This document shows positions 51,209-59,773 of a stretch of DNA of 64,000 bases, piece after piece. The notes under the pieces are model-generated. The model did no database searches and was not told the DNA's origin. It worked only from the letters and a program-made list of their open reading frames with translations. The translations under genes were made by a program, and so were the position numbers. The DNA lies in the NCBI GenBank assembly GCA_963719495.1, contig CAVRCI010000005.1, positions 64,001 to 128,000 on the forward strand, read 5' to 3'. The first letter of the stretch is position 1; every line of letters starts with the position of its first letter. Origin of the DNA: an uncultured Verrucomicrobiae bacterium (GTDB lineage Bacteria; Verrucomicrobiota; Verrucomicrobiia; Chthoniobacterales; JAATET01).

Positions 51209-52465
51209 ATGAGCGACCGACCCTTCTTCAGTAATCTCAAGTGCCGCGAGTGCGGGCGCCTCTACCCCAAGGAAGCCCTCCACATCTGCGAATTCGACTT
51301 CGGCCCCCTCGAAGCCGCCTACGACTACGACGCCATCCGCGCCTCCATCAGCCGCGAAGTCATCGAATCCCGCCCCCACGGCATGTGGCGCTACCGGGAA
51401 CTCCTCCCCATCGACGGCGCGCCCACCGTCGGTCTCCAGACCGGCTTCACCCCGCTCGTCCGCGCCGACCGCCTCGCCGAGCGCCTCGGCGTCGACGAAC
51501 TCTACGTCAAGAACGACACCGTCAACTACCCGACCCTCTCCTTCAAAGACCGCGTCGTCTCAGTCGCCCTCACCCGCGCCCAGGAACTCGGTTTCAAGAT
51601 CGTCGCCTGCGCCTCCACCGGCAACCTTGCGAATTCCGTCGCCGCGAACGCCGCCGCCGCCGGCCTCACCAGCTACGTCCTCATCCCCTCGAACCTCGAG
51701 CAGAGCAAAGTCCAGGGATCCCTCGTCTTCGGCTCCAACGTCATCGGCATCGAAGGCCCCTACGACCAGGTGAACCGCCTCTGCTCCGAGATCGCCGGCA
51801 AATACGGCTGGGGCTTCGTCAACGTCAACCTCCGCCCCTACTACGCCGAAGGCAGCAAATCCATGGGCTTCGAGATCGCCGAGCAGCTCGGCTGGAAGCT
51901 CCCCCGCCACACCGTCATCCCGATGGCCAGCGGCTCGCTCCTCACCAAGATCTACAAAGCCTACACCGAGTTCTTCAAAGTCGGCATCCTCGACGAACAA
52001 CCCTTCAGCGTCCACGGCGCGCAGGCCACCGGCTGCTCCCCGATCAGCGCCGCCCTCAAGAAAAAGACCGACATCGTCAAACCCGTCCCGAATCCGCAAA
52101 CCATCGTCAAATCCCTCGCCATCGGCACCCCCGCCGACGGTTACTACGCGATCCGCACGATGAACGAGACCGGCGGCAGCGCCGAGGATTGCACCGACGA
52201 AGAAGTCATCGAAGGCATCAGCCTCCTCGCCGAGACGACCGGCATCTTCGCCGAGACCGCCGGCGGCACCACGGTCGCCTGCGCCAAAAAACTCATCGAA
52301 AGCGGCAAGATCCCCCGCCACGAATCCATCGTCCTCTGCATCACCGGCCACGGCCTCAAAACCCAGGAAGCCATCACCGGCAAAGTCGGCGAAGCGAGAA
52401 TCATCAAACCCAGCCTCCGCGAATTCGAAGCCCTCATCGCCGACGAAGTCGCCGTCCCCGCCTAA
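51209..52465 (+). CDS. thrC: Threonine synthase-like PLP enzyme
   Basis: CxxC...C N-terminus, PTLSFKDR, CASTGNLANS, YYAEGSK, TGHGLKT. Confidence 0.88.
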   Translation: MSDRPFFSNLKCRECGRLYPKEALHICEFDFGPLEAAYDYDAIRASISREVIESRPHGMWRYRELLPIDGAPTVGLQTGFTPLVRADRLAERLGVDELYVKNDTVNYPTLSFKDRVVSVALTRAQELGFKIVACASTGNLANSVAANAAAAGLTSYVLIPSNLEQSKVQGSLVFGSNVIGIEGPYDQVNRLCSEIAGKYGWGFVNVNLRPYYAEGSKSMGFEIAEQLGWKLPRHTVIPMASGSLLTKIYKAYTEFFKVGILDEQPFSVHGAQATGCSPISAALKKKTDIVKPVPNPQTIVKSLAIGTPADGYYAIRTMNETGGSAEDCTDEEVIEGISLLAETTGIFAETAGGTTVACAKKLIESGKIPRHESIVLCITGHGLKTQEAITGKVGEARIIKPSLREFEALIADEVAVPA

Positions 52466-52506
52466 AAACTTAATTCTTAAAACTTAAAAACTTAAAACTC
52501 CCAAAA

Positions 52507-52776
52507 ATGACCGTCCGCATCCCCACCCCACTCCGCAAGCTCACCGGCGACCAGGAAGTCGTCACCGCCTCTGGCGACACCGTCGGCGACATCCTCCAGA
52601 ACCTCGACAAGACGTATCCCGGCATCGGCGAGCGAATCTACGACGAAACCGGAGCCGTCCGCCGCTTCGTCAACGTCTTCCTCAATGACGAAGACATCCG
52701 GTTCCTGGAAGGCCCCAAAACCAAAGTCGCCGAAACCGACGAAATCAGCATCGTCCCCGCCATCGCGGGTGGTTAG
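52507..52776 (+). CDS. MoaD/ThiS ubiquitin-like sulfur carrier
   Basis: VRIPTPLR...RRFVNVFLNDEDIRF...IVPAIAGG (C-terminal GG). Confidence 0.93.
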   Translation: MTVRIPTPLRKLTGDQEVVTASGDTVGDILQNLDKTYPGIGERIYDETGAVRRFVNVFLNDEDIRFLEGPKTKVAETDEISIVPAIAGG

Positions 52777-52784
52777 TTCTGATC

Positions 52785-52883
52785 TTTGAACAGAAGGCCG
52801 CAAAGAGCGCAAAGAATACCAAGAATTCAGAATTTGTATTTCTTCTGAATCTCCTTTGCGACCTTTGCGACCTTCTGTTCGAA
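52785..52883. repeat. Inverted arms of 9-bp repeats (GCGACCTTT); single arms near 8299-8328 and 16996-17024
   Basis: tttgaacagaaggccgcaaagagcgcaaag...ctttgcgacctttgcgaccttctgttcgaa. Confidence 0.88.
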
Positions 52884-52901
52884 CCGTATTGGTATTTCAT
52901 C

Positions 52902-53150
52902 ATGTCCGCCCAATCCACCCGCCTCTGGCTCATGTATCCCGCGCGGCTCATCACGCGACCCATCGTGTATGAGCTCGCCAAGGAATTCGAAGTCGTCACG
53001 AACGTCCGCCAAGCCAGCGTGACCGACGAGATCGGTCTCGTTTCCCTCGAACTCGACGGCGAGCGCGACGAAATCAAGAAAGCCATCGCCTGGCTCGAAG
53101 ACCTCGGCGTCAAAGTCGAACCCGTCGAGATCCAGACCATCGAAGGGTAA
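52902..53150 (+). CDS. Stand-alone NIL domain protein
   Basis: YPARLITRPIVYEL...TNVRQASV...LELDG...GVKVEP. Confidence 0.88.
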   Translation: MSAQSTRLWLMYPARLITRPIVYELAKEFEVVTNVRQASVTDEIGLVSLELDGERDEIKKAIAWLEDLGVKVEPVEIQTIEG

Positions 53151-53165
53151 ACCCCGCCCCCGCCC

Positions 53166-53606
53166 GTGGCGCTTCAACGACTCCTCCTCGTCGACGGCCA
53201 CAGCATGATCTTCCAGTGGCCGCAGCTCCGCGCCCTGCACGACCGCAAGACCGCCACCGCCCGCGAGCAGCTCGTCACCCTCCTCACCCGGCTCCACGAT
53301 TCGTCCGATTACCACGTCGCCGTCGTCTTCGATGGAAAAGGTCCCAAAGCCAACGAAACCGACAACCCCGGCGGCATCCAAATCTTCTACTCCGCCGTCG
53401 GCCAGACCGCCGACAGCGTCATCGAGCGCCTTACCGCGAAATACGCCAAGCTATTCGACCTCACCGTCGCCACCGACGACCACCTCGAGCGAACGACGGT
53501 CGAATCCTTCGGCGGCAACTGGATGTCCTCCGAAGAACTGGCCCGGGAAATCCTCCAAGCCGAATCCAACCTAACCGACCGCCTCGCCCGCCTCCGCAAA
53601 CGGTAG
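53166..53606 (+). CDS. YacP-like NYN domain ribonuclease
   Basis: LLVDGHSMI, VVFDG, QTADSVIE, VATDD. Confidence 0.85.
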   Translation: MALQRLLLVDGHSMIFQWPQLRALHDRKTATAREQLVTLLTRLHDSSDYHVAVVFDGKGPKANETDNPGGIQIFYSAVGQTADSVIERLTAKYAKLFDLTVATDDHLERTTVESFGGNWMSSEELAREILQAESNLTDRLARLRKR

Positions 53607-53722
53607 AAAGAGTGGCATTGGCTTCCAGCCAATCACCAACCCTACCGGCCAAAGGCCACACTCTCCTCGCAGTGACATCACGATTCGTGACAGCCTCCGC
53701 CTGGGGTGCTAAATCCTGTCGG

Positions 53723-54967
53723 ATGAGTCGCCGACCCGTCGTGATTGATCTGTTCGCAGGCGCCGGCGGCTTTTCTTTGGCTGCCGAACTGGTGGGTGCC
53801 GACGTCACTCACGCGTTCGAGATTGATCAGTGGGCCAGCCAAACGTTGCAGAAGAACCATTCGGACACTCGGGTCATCACCTCCGATATCCAGCGGGTCA
53901 CAAACTCCTGGATTCGCGGGAACATCGAGAGCAATCCCGACATCATCATTGGAGGGCCGCCCTGTCAGGGCTTCTCGCAGGCCGGACCCGCCCGCAAGGA
54001 TCCGAAAGATCCACGAAACTCGCTTTTCCGCGAATTTCTGCGGTTCGTGCGGGTTTTGAACCCCGAAACGGCGATCCTCGAGAACGTCCCTGGACTGTTG
54101 AAGGCCGTCACTTCAGCCGGAAAACCGGTTCCCGAGGTCATCACGGCAGAATTCGAAAAACTTGGGTTCGACGTCAGCATCTTGATCCTCGACGCCCATC
54201 GATACGGGGTCCCTCAGATCCGTCGACGGGTGTTTTTTGTCGCATCGCAGTCCAATTCTTCCACTCTTCCGCCAATACCGACCCACGGAGATCCGGACGG
54301 AGACCTGTTTCGCCAGCCTCGCCTCCCGCTTGTGACCGTCCGGGACGCCATTTCAGATCTCCCGATCGTCGACGTAGGCGATGCGGACGACGGCCTGCCC
54401 TACGCAACCCCGCCAATCCATCCTTTCCAAAAGGTGATGCGCAAGGCGGCGCCAGCTCTCATCGCGAACCATCACCCGATGCGTCACACCGCCCGGATGA
54501 TCGAGCGTTTTCGCTCCATCTCGCCGGGACAATCCCAGAGCGACGCCCCGCCAGAACACGCGCCCCGTCGACGAATGCGCTCGGAGACCGCCGTCGCGAG
54601 TTACGACCAAAACAACCGCCGGATGCACTGGGACCGCCCGTGTCACACGATTGCCGCCAGCTTCTACGCCAATTTTCTCCACCCGGAACTGCACCGCAAT
54701 TTCACGCCTCGCGAGGGTGCCCGGATTCAGAGCTTTCCGGACCGCTATGTCTTTTGTGGCAAACCCACGGTCGTCAGCTCCAAACTTCTCGAACGCGAGG
54801 GCCGGACGGCCGAGCGCTACCTCTCCCAATACAATCAGATCGGAAACGCGGTCCCTCCTCTGCTGGGTGCGGCGGTTCTACGACAGGTTCTTCGAAAAGA
54901 CTCGCCGACCAAGCGTGAAACGACCGCCACTCCGGAAGCGGCCCTCTCCGCGGCCTCACCACGATGA
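53723..54967 (+). CDS. DNA (cytosine-5) methyltransferase
   Basis: DLFAGAGG, GGPPCQGFS, LENVPG, PQIRRR, REGARIQSFPD, QIGNAVPP. Confidence 0.95.
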   Translation: MSRRPVVIDLFAGAGGFSLAAELVGADVTHAFEIDQWASQTLQKNHSDTRVITSDIQRVTNSWIRGNIESNPDIIIGGPPCQGFSQAGPARKDPKDPRNSLFREFLRFVRVLNPETAILENVPGLLKAVTSAGKPVPEVITAEFEKLGFDVSILILDAHRYGVPQIRRRVFFVASQSNSSTLPPIPTHGDPDGDLFRQPRLPLVTVRDAISDLPIVDVGDADDGLPYATPPIHPFQKVMRKAAPALIANHHPMRHTARMIERFRSISPGQSQSDAPPEHAPRRRMRSETAVASYDQNNRRMHWDRPCHTIAASFYANFLHPELHRNFTPREGARIQSFPDRYVFCGKPTVVSSKLLEREGRTAERYLSQYNQIGNAVPPLLGAAVLRQVLRKDSPTKRETTATPEAALSAASPR

Positions 54968-55866
54968 CCAATCGCCAAATTTTCGGTCGAGATCTCCCCT
55001 TCGGCGCCAGATACCCGCACGGCTCGAACATCTGTAAAAAGATCAAAGACCTCGACACCGCCTCCAGCAAACGGGCTGACAAACTGATCCACGCCGTCGC
55101 CATGCGCTATCGAGAGTGGCGGGAAACCAGCGAGTCCGAAGTCGGCGACGATGAGAAAAATGATGACTGGCGGGGCTTCGTCGAGCGAGTCGCGGAGGCC
55201 TACGAATCCTATCGAGCTTTTCTGGACGAGGAGCGAATCGACGCCTTCGACTCCCGAAGCGCGCTGCAATCCTCGGCACTGGAAGAATTCTGCACCTACC
55301 TGCTTTCACCCTTGGTCGCGGAATTGGGCGGAGACGTCGACTTGGGGCATCGGGATGTCTTTCACGGTCTGTATTTCTCCGCCGCCAACTTCGAGCAATT
55401 TTCGAAGCTGCCCGATGCCTTCTATCAGCGCGCGAACGTCGATTTTGTCATTTCAAAGCGCCTAGTCAGTTCGTTTTCGGACGGAGGCACCGCCAAAGAA
55501 GAGGTTATTTACATCCCCGTCGTGGCGATCGAGTGCAAAACCTATTTGGACAAGCCGCGCTGGTTTGAAAGCGAAATGCTCGCCGATAATTTGAAGCGCG
55601 GGTTTCCTTACTGCCGTCACTACCTGCTGGCGGAATTTCTGAAACTGGACACGCGTAAGGTGAATATTGTCGGCTCCCGACTTGATCACGTTTACGTTCT
55701 ACGCCGCTCGCCGAACGTCGACCGACGAAAGCGGCGGGCCGACGGGGCGAAACTACCCCCAATCCACGTCCCGGCGGTGCATCATTTGTTCCTGTCCGTG
55801 AAAACGCACCTCACAACCCCTTGGGAACCGGAGCTGGGCTGGCAGGACTCCGGCGTTTTAAAATGA
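54964..55866 (+). CDS. Type II restriction endonuclease, Bpu10I/DdeI-like family
   Basis: SSALEEF, VDFVI, IPVVAIECKTYLDK; ATGA-coupled to the methyltransferase. Confidence 0.8.
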   Translation: MTNRQIFGRDLPFGARYPHGSNICKKIKDLDTASSKRADKLIHAVAMRYREWRETSESEVGDDEKNDDWRGFVERVAEAYESYRAFLDEERIDAFDSRSALQSSALEEFCTYLLSPLVAELGGDVDLGHRDVFHGLYFSAANFEQFSKLPDAFYQRANVDFVISKRLVSSFSDGGTAKEEVIYIPVVAIECKTYLDKPRWFESEMLADNLKRGFPYCRHYLLAEFLKLDTRKVNIVGSRLDHVYVLRRSPNVDRRKRRADGAKLPPIHVPAVHHLFLSVKTHLTTPWEPELGWQDSGVLK

Positions 55867-57106
55867 TCCACAGCGAAGATTCTTTGTCATCCACCGTCCA
55901 GCACCGCTACGCCCAATCCGTCCTCCCCACCTACGGACGCTTTGACCTCGTGATCGAACGCGGCAGCGGCTCCCGCGTCTGGGACGACGCCGGTCGCGAA
56001 TACCTCGACTTCGGCGGCGGCATCGCCGTCTGCTCGCTCGGCCACGCCCACCCGCGCGTCACCGCCGCCGTCACCGCCCAGGCCGCCACCCTCGTCCACA
56101 CGTCCAATCTCTACTACACCCGCCCCCAGCTCGAACTCGCCGAGCGCCTCGTCGCCTGCGTCGGCACCCCGGGCAAAATTTTCTGCTGCAACAGCGGAGC
56201 CGAAGCCAACGAAGGCCTCATCAAAACCGCCCGCCGCTTCGGCAGCGCCACGCAGCGCCACCACGTCATCACCTTCACCGGCTCCTTCCACGGTCGCACC
56301 ATGGCCGGCATCTCCGCCACCGGTCAGGACAAGGTGAAAACCAATTTCGGCCCACTCCTCGACGGCTTCACCCACGTCCCGCTCGGCGATCTCGACGCCG
56401 TCCGCGCCGCGATCACCCCGCAAACCGCCGCCATCCTCATCGAACCCATCCAGGGCGAAGGCGGCATCCGCCCCGCCGAAGGCAAATTCCTCGCCGACCT
56501 CCGCGAACTCTGCGACGAGCACGATCTCCTCCTCCTCTTCGACGAAGTCCAATGCGGCCTCGGCCGCACCGGCCATTACAACGGCTGGGAAGCCATCCCC
56601 GGCGCGACCGGCATCGTCCCCGACGGCATCAGTTGGGCCAAAGGCATCGCCAACGGCTTCCCGCTCGGAGCCTTCTGGATCCGCGACCGCCCGGTCGGCG
56701 ACGACCGCGGAGCGCTCTGCGACCTCCTCGGCCCCGGCAGCCACGGCACCACCTACGGCGGCAACCCGGTCGCCTGCGGCGCCGGCATCGCCGTCCTCGA
56801 CGAAATCGAAGAAAAAAACCTCCTGGCCCACGTCCGCGAACAAGGCACCACCTTCGCCCAAGCCCTCGCCGACGTGGCATCACCAAAAATCGCCGAGATC
56901 CGCGCCCATGGCCTCATGATCGGAGTCGAGTTCATCGCCGAAGACCCCGACCTCACGGCCCTCGCGATGACCAAAAACCTAATGGCCGCCGGCCTCCTCG
57001 TAGTCCCAGCCGGAGAAAAAACCATCCGCTTCCTCCCCCCCTCAACGTTACGAGCGAAGACATCGCCAAGGCCGTCGAGATCCTAGCCACCCAACTCGCC
57101 GCCTAA
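55863..57106 (+). CDS. argD: Acetylornithine aminotransferase, apparent frameshift near the C-terminus
   Basis: YLDFGGGIAVCSLGH, NSGAEANE, SFHGRT, EPIQGEGG, DEVQCG, HGTTYGGNP; the expected RFLPPLNV end requires one extra C at 57035-57041. Confidence 0.88.
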
Positions 57107-57196
57107 CACCAAGCGCGAAGCGCCCCAAAAAACCTGTCATGCTGAGCGAAGCGAAGCATCTCTGGCAGACACTCCCACCCAGACCGCCACCCCGCG

Positions 57197-57967
57197 ATGG
57201 AATCCACAAACCCCACCGCGGCCCCGCCTGCCAAGCCCCCCGCCGAAGCGCCACCCACTCCCCCCAACACCCCACCACCCACCCCCCTCCGCTTCCGCCG
57301 GATCGCCACCGCCTGCGCCCTCGGCCTCCTCCTCCCCCTCATCGGCGTCGCCCTCGGCATCGCCGGAGCCTTCGACCACGTCACCAACCTCCGCGAAGCC
57401 GGCTGGTGGCTCATCCCCACCTACGTCCTCACCGGAGGAGCTCTGGTCGGCCTCGCCCTCATCCCCTCCCACCTCACCTCCCTGGTCGCCGGCCTCCTCT
57501 TCGGCTTCGCCCGCGGCCTCCCCACCGCCATTGGCATCGTCCTCATCGGCTGCGCCATCGGCTACCACCTCGGACGCCGCTACGCCGGCCACGACCTCCG
57601 CGCCCTCGTCGACCGATTCCCTTGGGGACGCCGCCTCGCCACCGCCATGATCGACGCCCCACCCGGCCGCGCCATCCTCGCCGTCGCCCTCGCCCGCCTC
57701 CCGCCCCAGATGCCCTTCGCCATGACCAACGTCCTCGCCGCCAGCAGCGGCGTCCGCCTCGTCCCACTCATGATCGGCACCGCCATCGGAATGGCCCCCC
57801 GCATCGGCCTCGTCGTCTGGCTCGGGGCCGAGCTGTCCGAATGGAAATTCGGTGCCCCGATCCCGTCCGGCCTCTGGTGGGCCCTCGGCGGCGCGCTCGT
57901 CGGCTTCGGCGGACTCGGCATCTGGAGCTGGCGCCTGCTTCGCAAGTCTTCGCCCGCAACTCCGTAG
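57197..57967 (+). CDS. TVP38/TMEM64 (VTT/DedA-like) membrane protein
   Basis: SLVAGLLFG, ARLPPQMPFAMTN, GTAIGMAP. Confidence 0.85.
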   Translation: MESTNPTAAPPAKPPAEAPPTPPNTPPPTPLRFRRIATACALGLLLPLIGVALGIAGAFDHVTNLREAGWWLIPTYVLTGGALVGLALIPSHLTSLVAGLLFGFARGLPTAIGIVLIGCAIGYHLGRRYAGHDLRALVDRFPWGRRLATAMIDAPPGRAILAVALARLPPQMPFAMTNVLAASSGVRLVPLMIGTAIGMAPRIGLVVWLGAELSEWKFGAPIPSGLWWALGGALVGFGGLGIWSWRLLRKSSPATP

Positions 57968-58057
57968 CGGTCGGCATCAGAAGACTCTCATCACCCCCGC
58001 GTCCCAACGGTTGATTTCCCCCCGGAATCGTCCACTCTGTACGGCCACCCGATTTCC

Positions 58058-59686
58058 ATGATCCTCGACACCCTCAAATTCCTCCTCATCTGCGTTGAAG
58101 TCATCCTCATCTTCAACCTCATGATCCTCGTCCACGAATGGGGTCACTACCTCGCCGCCCGTTGGCGCGGACTCGTCGTCGAAAAGTTCGCCATCTGGTT
58201 TGGCAAGCCCCTCTGGAAAAAAACCATCAACGGTGTCGAATACCGCCTCGGTTCCATCCCCGCCGGCGGCTACGTCGCCATCCCGCAACTCGCCCCGATG
58301 GAACTCCTCGAAGGCGAAGTCGAAAACGACCGCGCCAAATACCCGCCCATCGGCCCACTCGACAAAATCATCGTCGCCGCCGCCGGCCCCCTCTTCTCCA
58401 TCCTCCTCGCCTTCTTCTTCGCCGTCCTCGTCTGGGGCCTCGGCCGCCCCGTCGGCGACATGGAGACCAGCACCACCGTCGGCTTTGTCGTCGAAGACGG
58501 TCCCGCCGCCCAAGCCGGCATCCTTCCCGGCGACAAAATCGTCTCCATCGACGGCAAACCGATCACCCAGTTCGGTCCCGCCGGCAACGCCCGCGAAAGC
58601 GTCATCTGGAACATCGCCCGCAGCGAAAACCCCACCCTCGCCGTCGAGATCGAGCGCAATGGCGCGACCCAGACCTTCGACGTCGCCCCCGCCACCCCCG
58701 ACCGCTCCGGCTGGGGCCGAGCCGGCCTTCGCCAGATCGGCATCGCCCCCTCGGTCACGCCGAAGATCGCGTCGGTCGCACCGGGCAGCACCGAACAAGC
58801 GGCCGGCTTCCAAGGTGGCGATCTGATCACCCAAGCCAATGGCCAGCCGCTCCTCGGCTTCATGGAGCTCACCAAGCTCCTCGACGAGAACAACGGCCAG
58901 CCGCTCCCGGTCACCGTCCAGCGCGGCGACGAGACCCTCCAGCTCGCGCTTCCCGCCGTCGCGCCGACCGTCGACAAGCTCGTCGAAGACGGACCCGCCG
59001 CCAAAGCCGGAATGCAACCCGGCGACGTCATCACCGCCGTCGACGGCCAAGCCCTCACCAGCCGCGCCGCCTTCTCGAAGCAACTCGAAAACGGCGGCGG
59101 CACCCCCGTAGTCCTCACCGTTCGCCGCGGCGGCCAATCCACCACCGTCACCGTCACCCCCGAGGTTCCAAAGTCCGGCAAGATCCCAAGGGTCGGGATC
59201 GCTTGGAACACCGGCGCGATCGATTGGGATTTCGCGGGCGAACTCCACCGCGTCCACCCGAATCCCTTCCAGCAGATCGGCTCCAGCATGACCATGATGG
59301 TCGACACCCTCGGCGCCGTCATCTCGACGAAATCCGAAATCGGCCTCCAGCACCTCTCCGGCCCCGTCGGCATCATGAACGTCTACTACCGCCTCTTCGA
59401 GCGGCAGGATGGCTGGCTGCTCGCGATCTGGTTCAGCGTCGTCCTCAACGTCAACCTTGCCCTCCTCAATCTCCTCCCGATCCCGGTCCTCGACGGCGGC
59501 CACATCACCCTCGCGATCATCGAGAAAATCATGAAACGCCCGGTGAACGTCCGCATCCTCGAGTTCCTGCAGAACGGCTTCGCCCTCGCCCTCATCGGCT
59601 TCATGCTCTACGTCACCTTCTACGACGTCATCGACCTGGGCTGGGGCGGCAAAGGCGACGAACCCACGATGGAATTCAAAAAGTAA
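58058..59686 (+). CDS. rseP: RIP metalloprotease RseP with PDZ domains
   Basis: HEWGH, IPAGGYV, AGP, PDZ repeats, NLLPIPVLDGGH. Confidence 0.95.
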   Translation: MILDTLKFLLICVEVILIFNLMILVHEWGHYLAARWRGLVVEKFAIWFGKPLWKKTINGVEYRLGSIPAGGYVAIPQLAPMELLEGEVENDRAKYPPIGPLDKIIVAAAGPLFSILLAFFFAVLVWGLGRPVGDMETSTTVGFVVEDGPAAQAGILPGDKIVSIDGKPITQFGPAGNARESVIWNIARSENPTLAVEIERNGATQTFDVAPATPDRSGWGRAGLRQIGIAPSVTPKIASVAPGSTEQAAGFQGGDLITQANGQPLLGFMELTKLLDENNGQPLPVTVQRGDETLQLALPAVAPTVDKLVEDGPAAKAGMQPGDVITAVDGQALTSRAAFSKQLENGGGTPVVLTVRRGGQSTTVTVTPEVPKSGKIPRVGIAWNTGAIDWDFAGELHRVHPNPFQQIGSSMTMMVDTLGAVISTKSEIGLQHLSGPVGIMNVYYRLFERQDGWLLAIWFSVVLNVNLALLNLLPIPVLDGGHITLAIIEKIMKRPVNVRILEFLQNGFALALIGFMLYVTFYDVIDLGWGGKGDEPTMEFKK

Positions 59687-59773
59687 CGCAAGCTTCCAGC
59701 TTGCACCCCCGCAACCCCGCGAAGCGGCACTCCATTTCGAATTCCGCATTTCAAATTTCAAATTCTTGAAGCT

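Noticed and set aside
53216..53722. N-terminal extension of the methyltransferase ORF
   Set aside because: Overlaps the NYN gene off-frame; motif I follows the ATG at 53723
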